A DNA stretch of 64,000 nucleotides from the human T2T-CHM13v2.0 reference genome, Homo sapiens, in assembly GCF_009914755.1 (NCBI RefSeq), contig NC_060930.1. One strand, given 5' to 3'. This document shows positions 1 to 13,399 of this stretch, in pieces. Position 1 is the stretch's first letter, and each line of letters opens with the position of its first letter. Position numbers and translations under genes: made by a program. The notes beneath the pieces were generated by a model that saw nothing but the letters and a program-made list of their open reading frames with translations, did not search any database and was not told the DNA's origin.

Positions 1-18
1 ACCCAGTGTGCTGGGTCC

Positions 19-225
19 CAGTGATGTGCTGTGGCCTGTTCATATTGCCTCTAAGAGCTGATTACAAACATCTCTTTTCAATAGCATGGTCAGTGACATC
101 ACGCTGGTAGCTTGAAATCAGTAAGGATTTATACCAGAGGAGTATGTACACCAGAGTAATCAGCAAATGCTACAAACCAGGACTTTTATTACTCCCACTT
201 TTTAACATTTACCAGCAAAGTACTG
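19..225. mobile_element. MER63-like hAT-Blackjack DNA transposon (MITE)
   Basis: Terminal inverted repeats cagtgatgtgctg...cagcaaagtactg; internal 'catcacgctggtagcttgaaatc' and 'gcaaatgctacaaaccagg' match recalled MER63. Confidence 0.7.
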
Positions 226-229
226 ATGG

Positions 230-835
230 GAAGAGCGCAAGGGGTAGGCATGGGCCTTAGATGGCACATCTAAAAGCTTAGCTCTCAGTCTCAGTGTGAT
301 GATTGACATTTTCAAGTCGTGTTACAAGTCAAAACCATTCGTATTGTGGTGTACTCTTGAACAGGCTTCATAGGGCGGCAGGATTTCAAGTAGGAAAGCT
401 AATGAGAAGATTACTGAAGCAGTCTAGAGACGAGATGATGGAGACTACACTAGAGTGTGGCAGGCACCAGGAGAGATAAAAAGCTTTGAAGGGCACATTT
501 TGAATGAGGTGCCGATAGCTCTTGGATGGAGGAAGCTGCAGTGAGAGAAATTAAGAACGACCCATGGATTATTGACCTAAGCAAATGGGCCTACCCATGT
601 TGGGGGATCTCTTATGACATGGGAACATTTGGGAGGGACAGTTTCAACAGGGAAATGTGGCAGGGGAATCAGTTGTTGCTTTGGCCCCATTGACTTTGAG
701 ATGCCTCCTAGATTTTGAAATGCCTGAAGCCATTAAGGAAGAACTTTTATATGTGAGCTTATATTTGGAACTCAGTGGAAAGGTCAGGACTGGAGATGTA
801 AATTTGGGAATCATCTCCATACAAAGACTAACTTT
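230..835 (-). mobile_element. L2 LINE fragment
   Basis: 'aggtcaggactggagatgtaaatttgggaatcatc' and a purine-rich degenerate body typical of antisense L2; boundaries approximate. Confidence 0.6.
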
Positions 836-1796
836 CCTAAGGAAATAATCAGAAATTCAGACAGACTAATAGGTTAAAATAAAAGAAGGACACAGAAATG
901 TATATGCTAAATGGCTGAATAAGGAGGATATATTGACATAATTAGTCAATAAGCCATAATTCCACTTGCTGTAGCTAGTGTAATTATGAGTAATTTAAAT
1001 TTTTTGTCCTTCAGATATTCACAACAAATAAGTTCTTCTTAAAATTAGAAGAAAACAATCTTGTTTTAAAAGAAATATAAAAACATTAGATTTGTTAATG
1101 ATAACATTAAAATATCTAAGTAGCTAAAAATTTTATTTAGCCACTGGTTAAACTGTTTCTTTGACTTAAAGAGCTTATAGTTATGTAAGCACACTATTTT
1201 TTACTTGTCTTTCCCATTATTAAAATAATACATGTATGTTACAGATACATTTGAAAAGATAAAAGAATAGAGAAATAATTTTTACATATTATTTAATATT
1301 TAGTTTTCTTGATCCAATTTTATCTACTTTTTTGTGATATGCTCCTATCATTTTACATCTGATTTATATCTTATATCTATCTTTTTGTGTCTTATATCTT
1401 ATAAAAGCTATGTTATTAATCCCTTAACAGTGCATTTTTATCAGAGGTTAAAAAGGTTCACTACTTCACATGGTTTTACGTCTTGTGATAGTGATCTATA
1501 ATATTTAGCCTCTATGATACTGCTGCAGTATAGTGTTTCACTGGAATTTTTCATTTTCACTTCAATGCCATAAAACTGCAACCTCAAATTTATTGCAATA
1601 TTTACATATATGACAGCTGTTAAAACTACAGTAGTTGAAATACACTTAGGGAATAGTTACTGGGGCAAATGTGTGTATACACACACACACTTTCATGTAA
1701 GTTATTTATTGTAATGTTGAACTTTTATTCCCTCGTGGTGAATAAAAGGACATAAATGTTGATATTTATGTTATAAAGTTACCTGCTTCCCTTACT

Positions 1797-2700
1797 TCAT
1801 TCATGAATTTCTTTATTCATATCAATACTTACTGAAAAGTTTATAAAGAACCTACTATGTGCCAAGCAGTGAGCAAAACACAGCATAGTTGGGGAGACGG
1901 ACACATAAGTGGAAAAACAGTATTGCCATATGGCGAGAACTGTTGAAAGGGTATAATCAACATAGTTTGGAATCACACAGGGGAATGGGAGACGGTGACC
2001 CTTGAGCTGGGTGTTAGAGGATGAATGAGCATTTACCAGGCAGAAGAAATAGCATTTGCACCTGCATGGAGCCATGAAAGGAGAAAGAATGATTGAGGCA
2101 GGAAATAAAGTGCAAAAAGGAGGTTTGGACCAGCTTGTGATGGGTCTTGTATGCCAAGCTAAGGAATTTGGATTACATATTGCAGGTCATGGAAGTCAAC
2201 AGAGATTGCTTTGCATTGGAGACTGTCAGAATCAGTTTGGGCTGGAAAGAACATTCTGCAACAATGTGAGGAAAGATTAGATTGGAAAGAAAACTGGTAA
2301 TAGGAGCACTAGGGATAGGCTGAGTTCAGTGCAAAAGAAAAGGAGGACTGAAAGCTTTGGCAGTCTCTGAGGATGGGAAGAAAGAAGACAATTTGATTGG
2401 CAAGAATGACAATATTTAATGAAACGATGAAAGCAAGAGCAGGATGAAGAAGAAAGAAGATAGGGAATATAATTTTTAAAAGAAGGTTGGGTGTGAAAAT
2501 TAGATGGCCTGGAAAGTAACTTGAAGAAAGGTTAGAATCAAACAACTTTTTAAAGGGTAAGTACAATTTGAGGTTGGTCTAAATTGAGACCAATGTGTTA
2601 GAAATAATGTTTTAATATTTCCTGGGTTGAGATAGGAGATAAAAAGGGGCTGATAAGAGGTCTACTTTCATCTAGACTACATAGGTGCTCAGAAAGAAAG
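1797..2700 (-). mobile_element. L2 LINE fragment (3' end at left)
   Basis: Starts ttcattcat; contains 'cctactatgtgccaagca' and 'gccaagctaaggaatttggatt'. Confidence 0.6.
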
Positions 2701-2719
2701 AGAAATGAGAATTTACTTA

Positions 2720-3025
2720 GTTTTTTATTTTTAATTGTTTGGGCACATAGCAGTTGTATATGTTTATGGGATACATGAGATGTTTTGACACAGGCATGAA
2801 ATGTGAAATAAGCAAATCTTGGAGATGGGGTATTCATCTCCTCAAGCATTTATCCTTTGAGTTACAAACATTCCAGGTACACTCTTTAAGTTATTTAAAA
2901 ATGTACAATAAAGTTATTGTTGACTATAATCATCCTGTTGTGTTATCAACTAGTAGGTCTTATTCATTCTTTCCAAGTTTTTTTGGTACCCATTAACCAT
3001 TCCCACCTCTCCCCTAGTCTTCCAC
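2720..3025 (-). mobile_element. L1MA-type 3' UTR fragment
   Basis: Poly-T followed by 'gggatacatgagatgttttgacacaggcatg...ctcaagcatttatcctttgagttacaaaca'. Confidence 0.75.
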
Positions 3026-3907
3026 TATAGGAAATGGGAATTTAAAGATGATCAGAAGACAGTTGGGAGCAGAGTGAGAATAAGAACCCTCAACTGCTGT
3101 CTCACCTTTCAGATCACGAAGAAGTTTTTTACAATGAGCAGAACACTCAACCTGAAAGCAGAATGGATTGAGTCACTGCAGCGTGGCAGTGGAATGGTGT
3201 TTGATGTTGGCAAAGGAAACATGTACTTCTAGACTGGACAGTTTTCCCTTAGTTTACAGTTTCCAAATAGAGACATCACTTTGAAATAACATGGAGAACA
3301 TACATGGATGTACTGAACGAAGAATAAAGTCTGTGTTGCAGTCCTGTCTCCATTGACTTTTACAAATATGGCTTTGGATGAATCACCTAAGTTTTATTTT
3401 TGAGAATTTACGCTTACCATGTATAAAATGATATTGCTAATATGTTTGCTGCCTACCCCATTGGGTTTTGTGAGGAATAAATGATAATGCTAAGAAAAAG
3501 GCATTGAGAATTATAACTCATTATTCAAATGCAAGTTATTTATGTGGTTATTGTCATTATTATTAATACTTTCACTCAGCTAAAACCTTAGAACCAAAAA
3601 CATCTGAGAACTTGCTTACTATTAATAACTGTCTTATTTGATTCAGGGACTCAAGAAAGTATCAGCTCACATGACTGAGTTTCATCAATTCCAAGTTGTA
3701 CATTGAGAATCACGATAAAGATCGGGAATATGAGACTTTAAGCATAATTCTTTTTCATCACCATCTGGCTATTTCTACTTCTCCAGTCCTAACTTCTAAC
3801 CTGATCTTAGTCACCAGGGCTAAATTGCAAAGTAGAAAATTTCAAGGAAGGTTTCTTTGGGTTCCATACTCTGCTTTTATGCCTTCTACATAAAGAAAGG
3901 GAAACAG

Positions 3908-3934
3908 AAAAAAAAAAAAAAAAAAAAAAAAAAA
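3908..3934 (+). repeat. A27 homopolymer
   Basis: Directly visible. Confidence 0.95.
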
Positions 3935-4019
3935 GAGTGGACCTCACATTCATACACAACTTCCTCCCAACAATTTCCTTAGTAGAGCCTGGGAGGTCCT
4001 AACTGAACCAACCCTGCTC

Positions 4020-4345
4020 CCTCCACTGGCTCTGCGCCACCTGATTACCTCCATGCCATGCTCCCTTGTATCTCAATACTGCTCATAGGTCACCTCATCA
4101 GAGACACCTTCCCTGATTACAGCATACGAAATTAGAAAACAAACCTGATCTCATTCCATTGTCCTTGCTCTGCTTCACAACTCTCAATCACCAGCAGATG
4201 TAGAATATACTTATTTGTTTCTTATCTGTCCCCTCTCCTATCCATGTGAGCACCACAAGAATCAGACTTGGTTTTCCATTGTAACCCCTGAGCCTGCCAC
4301 ATGGAAAGTATTCAATAAATCATTGTTGAACAAAGGAATGAATGA
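4020..4345 (+). mobile_element. L2 3' end
   Basis: Ends with 'tattcaataaatcattgttgaacaaaggaatgaatga'. Confidence 0.65.
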
Positions 4346-4561
4346 TTCTGTGAAGGGATATATTAATTTAAAATGTCCTGGTCCTTAGAAGGATTTTCAA
4401 AACTTGAAAATATGAAGTGGTGTGAGGACTGTTGCTCAAGGTTAAAAGAAAGGAAAAAGAATGCATCATTCAGACAACTGATGGGCTTTGAAGGAAGAGA
4501 GCAGGAGTAGCAGGGCAGAGCAAGTGTGGACAGCACAGCAGGTAAAATGACAGATTCTAAT

Positions 4562-4675
4562 AGGGTGACCAACTCATTGTGGACGATCTAGACATTTTCC
4601 AGTTATAGGACTGAAAAATCCCTTATCCTATGCAACTCCTCAGTGCCAGGCAAACCAGAGCTGTTGTTCGCCCTG
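4562..4675. mobile_element. MER94-like hAT MITE
   Basis: TIRs agggtgaccaac...gttgttcgccct; similar to the copy at 26227. Confidence 0.7.
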
Positions 4676-4699
4676 AATCTTAGAGTCAAATATTCCCTA

Positions 4700-4950
4700 A
4701 GTATTAGAATTCCTTATGCACATTTATTAGCAGTAAGACCTTGGGCAAGACAAACCTTCTCTGATTTTAGTTTCTTATTTGTAATTGGGGCTAGAAATAC
4801 CTGGTTCAAAAGTTTGTAGGTATTTCTTTTAAAAGACTCTATATAAAACACTTAACACATTGCCTGGTATGAAATGTGTGCTGGATAAACAGCAAGGTAG
4901 TATTATTAAAGTGCTTGGTTGATAATTGGCACTCAATAAATGTCAGCTTA
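4700..4950 (+). mobile_element. MIR SINE
   Basis: Core 'gaccttgggcaagacaaaccttctctgattttagtttcttatttgtaattgggg'. Confidence 0.65.
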
Positions 4951-6417
4951 AAGAGAAAGGTAGATGCTAATTCCTGAGTGTTTTGTGTGACATGGATAAT
5001 GCCTTTTAATGATAGAATTACACTATTTCAAAAGGTATAATAAAGAGTCTTCGTGATGAAATTTTAATACCGCATTTGCCTTTCTGCTCTCAAAGTATTT
5101 ATCACAATATCTTCATCTAGAAGAAAAGCATTTTTGGTTTTTATAGTGTTCATTTTTTTTAAACTATGTAGTGTAGTAAAACGTAAAAAGTAAGCCTTTT
5201 ATGAACATTTATAAAGTTTTATACATTCTAAAACATAACATAAATATATTTTACTTGCCAGTATCAATAATTTATTCAAAGTCTTTCAAATAAGGCTAGC
5301 ATGGGCTGGAAATATCATATTTTAGGAAAGCATAATTCTTCTCATCAACAAAAACAAATGTTCCAACTAGTTTTACGAAATAAAAGCCTTTAAAATAGTC
5401 ACTTGCAGTTGATTTGAAAAAAAGTTCTCTTGTCTGTTTCTGTTAATGCCCACGTGAGTTTTACTAGTTGCAACTGAAATCACAAAAACCAGAGCCTGAT
5501 GCTTAACTGGCAAGAAGCCAGGATAATGAAATTAATAACATATGCTGAAGAACCCATTTGTAACAATTTTTTCATTAAAAAAAAATGAGGCAGCTCAAAG
5601 CTACTGACAGGGCTTTCTCCCCCTTCCCCTAACTCTTTATTTTCTTTTGCCTGTAGTATGTCTGTATGTTAAAGCTGATAGCTCTTAGTTACTCTCACAA
5701 TTCACATGACTTCAAGATTTAAGCAATCCTGTAGCTGATAGGCAGAAAGTTTATTTTGTTGTTGTTTTTGTAAGCCTTTATTTTTTAGGTCACAGTTTGA
5801 TTCTCTGTCTCTGCCAACCAGCAACACTCTGCAGTTCAGAGCCGAGCCCTCTGCTAGGGATACTTTTTAAACACAAGGTCTCGGTTGCTTCGGCTGATCT
5901 CACCTGTCAGCAGCCTGACGTGGGACTCTTCTGCATGTAACTCTCAAATCACAAACGCCATTCCCAAAGGTATGTGCATCTGATTTAGAAAAGAACCCTC
6001 TGAAGCCCTCTCTTAGAACTTCTTCACCTTCACTTTATGCACATCTCTAGCAAGACTGGTAGCCTAATTTGCAAATGTAATAAATTACGGACAGCAAACT
6101 AGAAGGAAAGAAACAAGCAACTGAAAGAAGCAAAAGGAACAACTGAGAGCTAAGCAGGAGTTGGAGAAATGCTGAAATCAGGCCTAGGAAAAAATACAGC
6201 ACTCTCTGTCATCGCTGGGTGAAGAACTTGTATCGACTCTACAGTTTTAGGGGGCATCACAGGATTTCAGCAAGTGTGAGGCTCTAAATTACTGGTGTGT
6301 TGTGATAGGTGTTCATATAGATAAGCTTGAGTCGTAAGGAAAGATCAGGTGCCATATTCACTGTTGAAGAACATGGGCTAGATTGTCATGCATTTCTTCA
6401 TAGTTGTTCAAATAAAG

Positions 6418-6463
6418 GATAGATAGATGATAGATAGATAAGATAGATGATAGATAATAGGTA

Positions 6464-6513
<50 letters not shown>
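6418..6513 (+). repeat. Compound GATA/TAGA tetranucleotide STR with (TAGA)12 core at 6465-6512
   Basis: Directly visible. Confidence 0.97.
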
Positions 6514-8689
6514 CTGCAGCAACTCATATATTATAAATGTGTTTGTGTGATTGTCTGTGCATAGAAGTGCCTCATTATCGGAGTGTTCAGGTTACACACC
6601 AGTAATGGATCTCTCTGAGCAGTGGGCTAGAGGAGAAAAAGAAAAGAGGGTCTCTACTTCATATAGTTCTGTTTTGTTGAAGTTTTCAAAATGAGCATGT
6701 TTATTTTTTAAATAATAAAAATATTTAAATATATTCAAGGAAGGCTAAATCACAGCTGCATTCTTACCCATGTGCACTTTATTGGTCAGCCCATAAGTCA
6801 GCAAGATCTTGAGGCACAGGGTCAATATTCATTCTTTCTACCACACATATATTGAACTTTTGCACTCTACTATACCCCTGCAGGATATCCCTGTTTTATA
6901 CGCAGAAAAGATAAATCAGATCTCATTCTTTCTCTCAACAAACTAATAAATGAGCAAGAAACTGAGAGGATAATAAAATGTGATGTGAGCAATGTGGGGA
7001 AGTGGGGGGTGGGGGGAGAAAGAACACGTGGCCTTGAAGCCCAGACAGGACAGGGTGCAGCCAAGGGGATGCCAGGAGGCCAGTGAGAGGAGGCAAGGGA
7101 GCCTCAGAGAACGACGAGAAAGGGCACCAAGAGCCTTGCCAAAGCCCTGACGAGAAGAGACTGAAGACAAACTGCAGTGATATTAGAATGTTAGAGAGGT
7201 CAGAGCCATCCCCATCGTGGTACCTTGTTTGGGGGCCTAGTTTGTTCCATTTAGGATAGCTTTAATGAACACAGATGTCGCAAAAAGCCTTCCATTGTGT
7301 ATCTCTGTGTTTGTCTCTGCTCCTACCCACTCCTCTTCTTTGTGGCCCAACTCTGTCTGCTACTCCGAGACACTGGAGCCCTTCAAGACAACACCAAGCT
7401 AATGCAAGGCACAGACACATGTAACAACTGCTCTTGTAATAAACTTCTTTACAAAACATTGTAACTTGTAAAGGGTCTACTTTGTAAACTCCCCCAAGAA
7501 CCTTGCATATAGAACACTAAATATTGGTCTCTTCATCATAAGCTATTCTTTGTCTTTTGAATTCAGGAATAAGCAACGACAAAATTCAAGCAAAGATTCT
7601 TTCTAATCAAAGAAGAAAGCCACAGCATTTGGTTTAAGGGTCTTAATGTGTCTGTCACTCTATTTCAAAGATGAAAAGGACAGCAACAAACTGGTATCAA
7701 AGGCATGCCGTCTTCTTGAAGATTCTTCCTACACTCCACTGACTTATATGCGTTTATATGACTGTATTGGGTGGGTGGAGGTGGAGGGAGAAGTGATATT
7801 TAGTTGAAGGTTGTCATAATATTGGGTAGTTGACCTGGTCATTATCTCTAATTCAGAGAGGAACATGATGCATTTGAGCTCTGCAGCACAAATTAAAAAC
7901 AGCATTTCGTAAGTGCTGTTCACTGCAGTGACAAAAGACTACACATTACATTAAAAAGTTCTTTTTGAGGGCATATGAAAGCTTTTCTGAGAACACATGG
8001 CTGATTTCAGCAAAAAAGTAGGTGTGACAGGAGAAGAAAATCACAGCTGTGTGTGTGAATGTACAGATGGGAACACAGAGAAGCTGAAAGACATAAAAGT
8101 TAGTGAGTTGGGCATCCAGAATTAGTGAAGGGAGGACAGGAAAACTGAGAGTGTGATGAACAATGTAGTGGTGGGCAAACAAGTTAGAGACACTGAAGGT
8201 CACAACATGTAACTGAGAGGAAAGGTTACAGCAAGCAGGACATTGGCTGTGTACTACACACAAAATACAAATGGAAAGAGCAATCTGTGGCACACGCCAT
8301 TGTGTTCTGAGGCTATAAAACCCCACATTGCTAAAAGATATCAATAAGGTTTTCAGAAATCATAAGAGAAAATTAAAACCTTACTAAGTTTTAAAGCTGT
8401 TGTGAAAGAAAAGGGACATTTACTGTTGACTTTAACAGAATGCAATAATGATAAGTCTGAGATAAGAAACTATTATTGACTCTAATCAACAATTCTGACA
8501 AACCAGAATACATCTAAACACCGTAAAGATGAGGAAAAAGCGCACATTTTTCTATCACTCTATTCAATAGCACTCTATGTCAACCAGTACAAAACCATTG
8601 TAGGAGGGGAAGATATTATAGAAAAGAAACAGCATAAAATATGGCCAAAACCAAGAAAACCTGGGCTACCTTTTAATATTTTTATATTC

Positions 8690-8930
8690 AATACTAACAA
8701 ACACAATATGATGTGCCAGGCACTCTTCACAGTACTCTAAAAATGTCAAATCATGGAACCCACACAGCAGCCCTATAAGACAGCTACACTGTGAGTATTA
8801 TTCCCAGATGAAATGGATGGATAAATAAACTGAAACCCCAAGAGTCTAAGTATCTTTTTCAAAATAATCAGCTAGTAAGTGACAGAGCAGATTGGAACCC
8901 AGTGTCTGTGCTTTCAACCTTTCTATTATA
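8690..8930 (-). mobile_element. MIR SINE
   Basis: 'tgtgccaggcact...aaactgaaaccc...gctagtaagtgacagagcagattggaaccc'. Confidence 0.65.
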
Positions 8931-9235
8931 TTTACTAACTTTTGCCTTCAGCCATAACATCCAACACAACCTGGAAGACTAGTACATTCTTCTCGTTCAA
9001 ATACACATGACATAATAACTACTATAGATTGAAGATAGCCTTCTCCAATGATCACCCAATTGTTAAACTATACTTATTTAAACACATTTATCTTTTTCTT
9101 TTATTTTCTTCATTCACAAAGCATTTACTGTCTATTAGATATATAGTTGTGTGTATATATATATATACACACATATACATATACAGACGTATATACTTAG
9201 CTCCATGAGAAAAACAAAAATTGTGGCATATAGTC

Positions 9236-9583
9236 TGCTAGAATCTAAATGTTGGGGTCCCCACAAAACTCATATGATAAAAGGTAATCACCAACATGAT
9301 GGTGTTAGGAAATGGAGCCTTTGGGAGGTAATTGAATCATGAGAACAATAGGATTAGTGCCCTTATAAAAAAGGCCCCAGAGAGCCACTTTGCCTCTTCC
9401 ACCATGTGAGGACAAAGCAACAAAGCACCATCTATGACCCAGAAAGCAGACCCTACCAGATATAGAATCTGCCAGACTCTTGATCTTGGACTTCCCAGCC
9501 TCCAGAACTCTGGGAACTTCATTTCTGTTGTGTATAAAATATGCAGTCTTAGTCCATTATAGCAGTCCAAATGGACTAATACA
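9236..9583 (+). mobile_element. MLT1A-type MaLR solo LTR
   Basis: TG...CA ends; 'gatcttggacttcccagcctccagaact' and 'ggactaataca'; perfect 5-bp TSD tagtc at 9231-9235 and 9584-9588. Confidence 0.88.
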
Positions 9584-9599
9584 TAGTCCCTACTTTCAG

Positions 9600-10480
9600 G
9601 AACAATACATTAATTGGAGTAGGATAATTGCTATAAAAAATAATCACAAATATTTCAGTGGCTTCTCACAATAAAACATTGTTCTTCGTATTCTAGTGAA
9701 GATTTCAGAGGGAGGGAGGCAAAAACAGAGGAGCACTATACCCAATCTGGAATATGCAGCTTCTCCATCATGAGCTCTGACCTCCTCAGGAGTCAGCTCC
9801 ATTCAGCAGGTGGTGGGGAAAGAAAAGTGGATGACATCTGGGAGGTTTGTTAGTGCCAGGCTGGAGGAGGGAACCTGGTTTCTGCTCCCATTCCACTGGC
9901 CAGCTCTTGGGTGCGTGGTCACACCTGATGGGAAGGTGGAGCCCCAGAAGAGCCAGGAAACCTCTGCCTCAGTCCAAAGTTAAGAAAAGATTCTGCTAGT
10001 CTTTACCTTTGGTACAAACCTCTGTATCAGTCTCAATTAGAGAGGGAAAATAGAATCTGCTCTAAGATGTTCAAGTGGGAAGGGATTTAACAGAGGAGAT
10101 CAAAGATTTACAAAATCATGTTAAGAGCAGAGTGCACAAAAGCCAAGGAAACCACTGCTACTCTTCAGGAAATCGGGAAGGGCAGGAATGTCAGGCAACC
10201 ACCACTGATGGCCTGATGGACTGTAGTCCTGAAGCAGTTTCCAGGAAATAGGAGCAAAATTATCAGATCTGTCCTCTGCTGAAGCCCATGTGATTTCCCT
10301 CCATCATGGGAGCCCTTATGGCCCTTCTTCCCTTCTGCCATGTAACTCACACAGGCACCACTGATTTGCAGACCCTCAATGGGAACCCAGTAGCCAGGAC
10401 ATCTGGGTAATGTACTCAGGCCTGAAGCTCCTGCAGCAAAGGAAAGAGCAAAGGAGGGAGTGGAAATGGTTCCAAGGTGC
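9600..10480. mobile_element. Old MaLR/ERVL LTR fragments
   Basis: Degenerate MLT1/LTR33-like motifs ('cagtggcttctcacaataaaa', 'cccattccactggccag', 'gggaagggatttaacagagg'); identity uncertain. Confidence 0.4.
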
Positions 10481-11139
10481 CACTAGATGATCCAACTCAT
10501 GGGATGCATTTTTGTTTTCTTTATACAAGTTTTATTTTGAAAATGAGAAATAAAAAACTCTATGTATTAGAATCATATGTACTAGAATTATATTCATCAT
10601 TCATATTTGTTAACCTCTGTTTTATTTTTCAAAGCCAGCTTTAAAAGTATAATATTAGGGAAGTTAAATAGCACAATTGTATTTGAAAAGTTGTGCTTAA
10701 CTGGGGGGTTAAGATTGATTTGTTTCTGAAGAGGTTTGAGGACAACAGATAAATATAAAGCCATTAGATTGAGCACAGATGCCATTGCTCCACCATTACA
10801 TTGATGAGCAGTAAGTAGTCAGTGAACTAAATCAATATTGCCATTAACCCTTACCATTTTCAGCAACAGTGACTTCATCTTGTCTCTAATTTTTGCTCCA
10901 GCTTCCCAGGGAAAAGTTGGTCATATCATAGACTCAATGTTATTGGTGATTTTATGTGTGGGGTCTCAGTGGGCTGCTCAGTACAATGAGGGGTTTATTT
11001 ATTTACTCATTTTTACTTTGCTTGAGTTCTCTGGTTGTTATTATTTTAAAACATAGCTTTAATTTTAATAGTTATTGACAATTTTGTTACTTTATTACTC
11101 ATCATACTGAAATAATAGGTAGGTGTTAGACTTAGTATA

Positions 11140-11525
11140 TGATATGGTTTGGCTCTGTGTTCCCACCCAAATCTCAATCTCATGTTGAATTGTAATTTCC
11201 AACGTTTGGGGAGAGATCTGGTGGGAGGTGATTGGATCCTGGGGGGTGGATTTCCCCCACGCTGTTCTTGTGATAGTGAGTTCTCACGAGATCCGACGGT
11301 TTATAAGTGTGTGGCAATTTCCCCCTCACTCTCTCTCTCTTCTGCTCCACCATGGTAAGATGTGCTTGCATCCCCTTTGCCTTCCACCATAATTGTAAGT
11401 TCCTGAGGCCTCCCAGCCATGCTTCTTGTACAGCCTGTGAAACTGTGAGTTGATTAAAACCCTTTTCTTTATAAATTACCCAGTCACAGGTAGTTCTTTA
11501 TAGCAGTGTGAGAACAGTATAATAG
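11140..11525 (+). mobile_element. MSTA-type MaLR solo LTR
   Basis: 'tgatatggtttggctctgtgttcccacccaaatctc...cctgaggcctcccagccatg...aaattacccagtc...tttatagcagtgtgagaac'. Confidence 0.9.
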
Positions 11526-12399
11526 TTATATATACTTATATCAATAACACTTAAGTATTCATGCAGGGATGACTACAGTGAAGTAAGTACAGTTGCAGAT
11601 CACTGTCTAAACTTAAAAATCAGGAGTTTGGGGCAGTTCATAAATGCAAGTCCCTGTCTATGCTTGCATGAAGAATTGGAGGTTGTGCAAAACTATTGAT
11701 ACAAATGTTAGCTTCTGGTCGGTGTGCTTGGCCATATGGCTCTGCAGATTCTCATCAAGTTCGATAGCTCTAGGCAGGTATGTGAACAACCTCTAAGAAT
11801 GCCCACCTCAATTGTGTCTGCTAGTCAGCTAAAGGCAGAATGTAAGGATTTTGCTGTTATAATGAATGATAAGTACATTTGCTAATGTTTACTAAAAAGA
11901 GTAATAATATTAACTAACAGGTAGTGTTACTTATCAGACACTGGGTAAGAGCTATTATTATTCACATTTTAGAGAGGCACTAACTTCAGATGCAAATAAG
12001 TTAATTTCCTCAAAGTCACAAGTGGAAGCAGTGTGGTTTCAAAGTCTAAGTTCTTAACCAATGTGGCGATATATAGCTCACAGCTGTAGCTATTATTTTT
12101 CCTGCCTCAGTGCACATGAATCATCTGCCTATGTGTGAGTGGCAGAAATGAGTGAATTCCTACTACAGTTACCATGCAAGCAGGGGCAGGAAACATGGGA
12201 GATGGCCTTTAATGAGAAGCTCTCCAGGAATCTTTCATGATTAAAATGGGAAATCAACACATCATAAATTAGAACATAGATATGAAAAGTTACCTTAGAT
12301 TGTTAGGGTGGTTCTAGGCCATCGATATATGATTTCACTGCAAATGAACCTATTATCTATCTAGAATTTTAATGTCAATCTACCTGTAACTGTCATGCC

Positions 12400-12850
12400 A
12401 ATTGGAAAACACTGTAATAGCAAGAGTTTGAAATCAATATAAATGTCTATCAATAGTGTACTGGTTAAATAAATTAAAATATATCCTTATAATGAAATAA
12501 TATGTATGATTTAAAAATTGAAAAGGCCTTTAATATGTTAATGGAAAGATATTTAAAATATACTGTTAGGTATAAAACAAAGTTTAGAGAAATGTATATA
12601 TGATGCTACCATTTATATAAAAAATGTAAGAAAAAAGAGACCCTATAACTGTATTGGCTTTCACAAGCATAAAACTTCTCTGGAAAAATAAACACAAAAA
12701 TAACAATAGGGATTACATTTTGTGGTGATGGAAACTGAGAAGATAGGAAGTCAGATGGGAGAAAGACTCTTCACTATATGCTACTGTATCAATTTTAACA
12801 TCTGAACTATGGAAATATGTTCCCTATTTTGAAAATTGATTTAAAAATTA
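12400..12850 (+). mobile_element. L1ME-type 3' UTR fragment
   Basis: 'aaatgtctatcaatag...ggttaaataaatt' and 'gggagaaagactcttcactatat'. Confidence 0.6.
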
Positions 12851-13399
12851 AAAGAAGCATTTATGAAACACTTGGGTATGGACCACTAAAGCTAGCACTA
12901 TGAGTGGAAGAGAATAGAAAAGACACAGTTCTCAAATTCTTTATTTGGACAAACAAACATGCACCACTTAACACTTACTTAGTAAGCAACATGTAAGTAA
13001 ATACAAATTAGGACAAGACAAACTGCTGTCATAAGTGTAGGAGTATGCAGACTAATGGCATGCAGAGAATTTGCTGAGTATAATTAGAGTTGTCTTCCTG
13101 GGGGAATTGAATTGCAGGCCTGGTTTCAGAGAAAAGAGATACGGTGTCATAAACAGTGTGGTGTTGCACGTGCAGCATTCTGAAAACTATAAGAGTGGAG
13201 AAATAAACTAAACTCTTAAGTCATTGAGGGAGATTGAAGGGCTGGTGCCTTCAGAAGGTAGAACACTGGTATCTTGAGTCTCCTATCATCAAAGGAAAGG
13301 GGCCATGCTCATCTTATTTAGACTTGATCTTGGTTTATATTTATTTCCACTCTTGTTTTACTGGATTCCATTATTGCCTATAATACTTTTTAACTGATT

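Noticed and set aside
3908-3934. Orphan poly(A) as the tail of a retrocopy
   Set aside because: No TSD and no upstream mRNA-like or repeat body; treated as a simple homopolymer.
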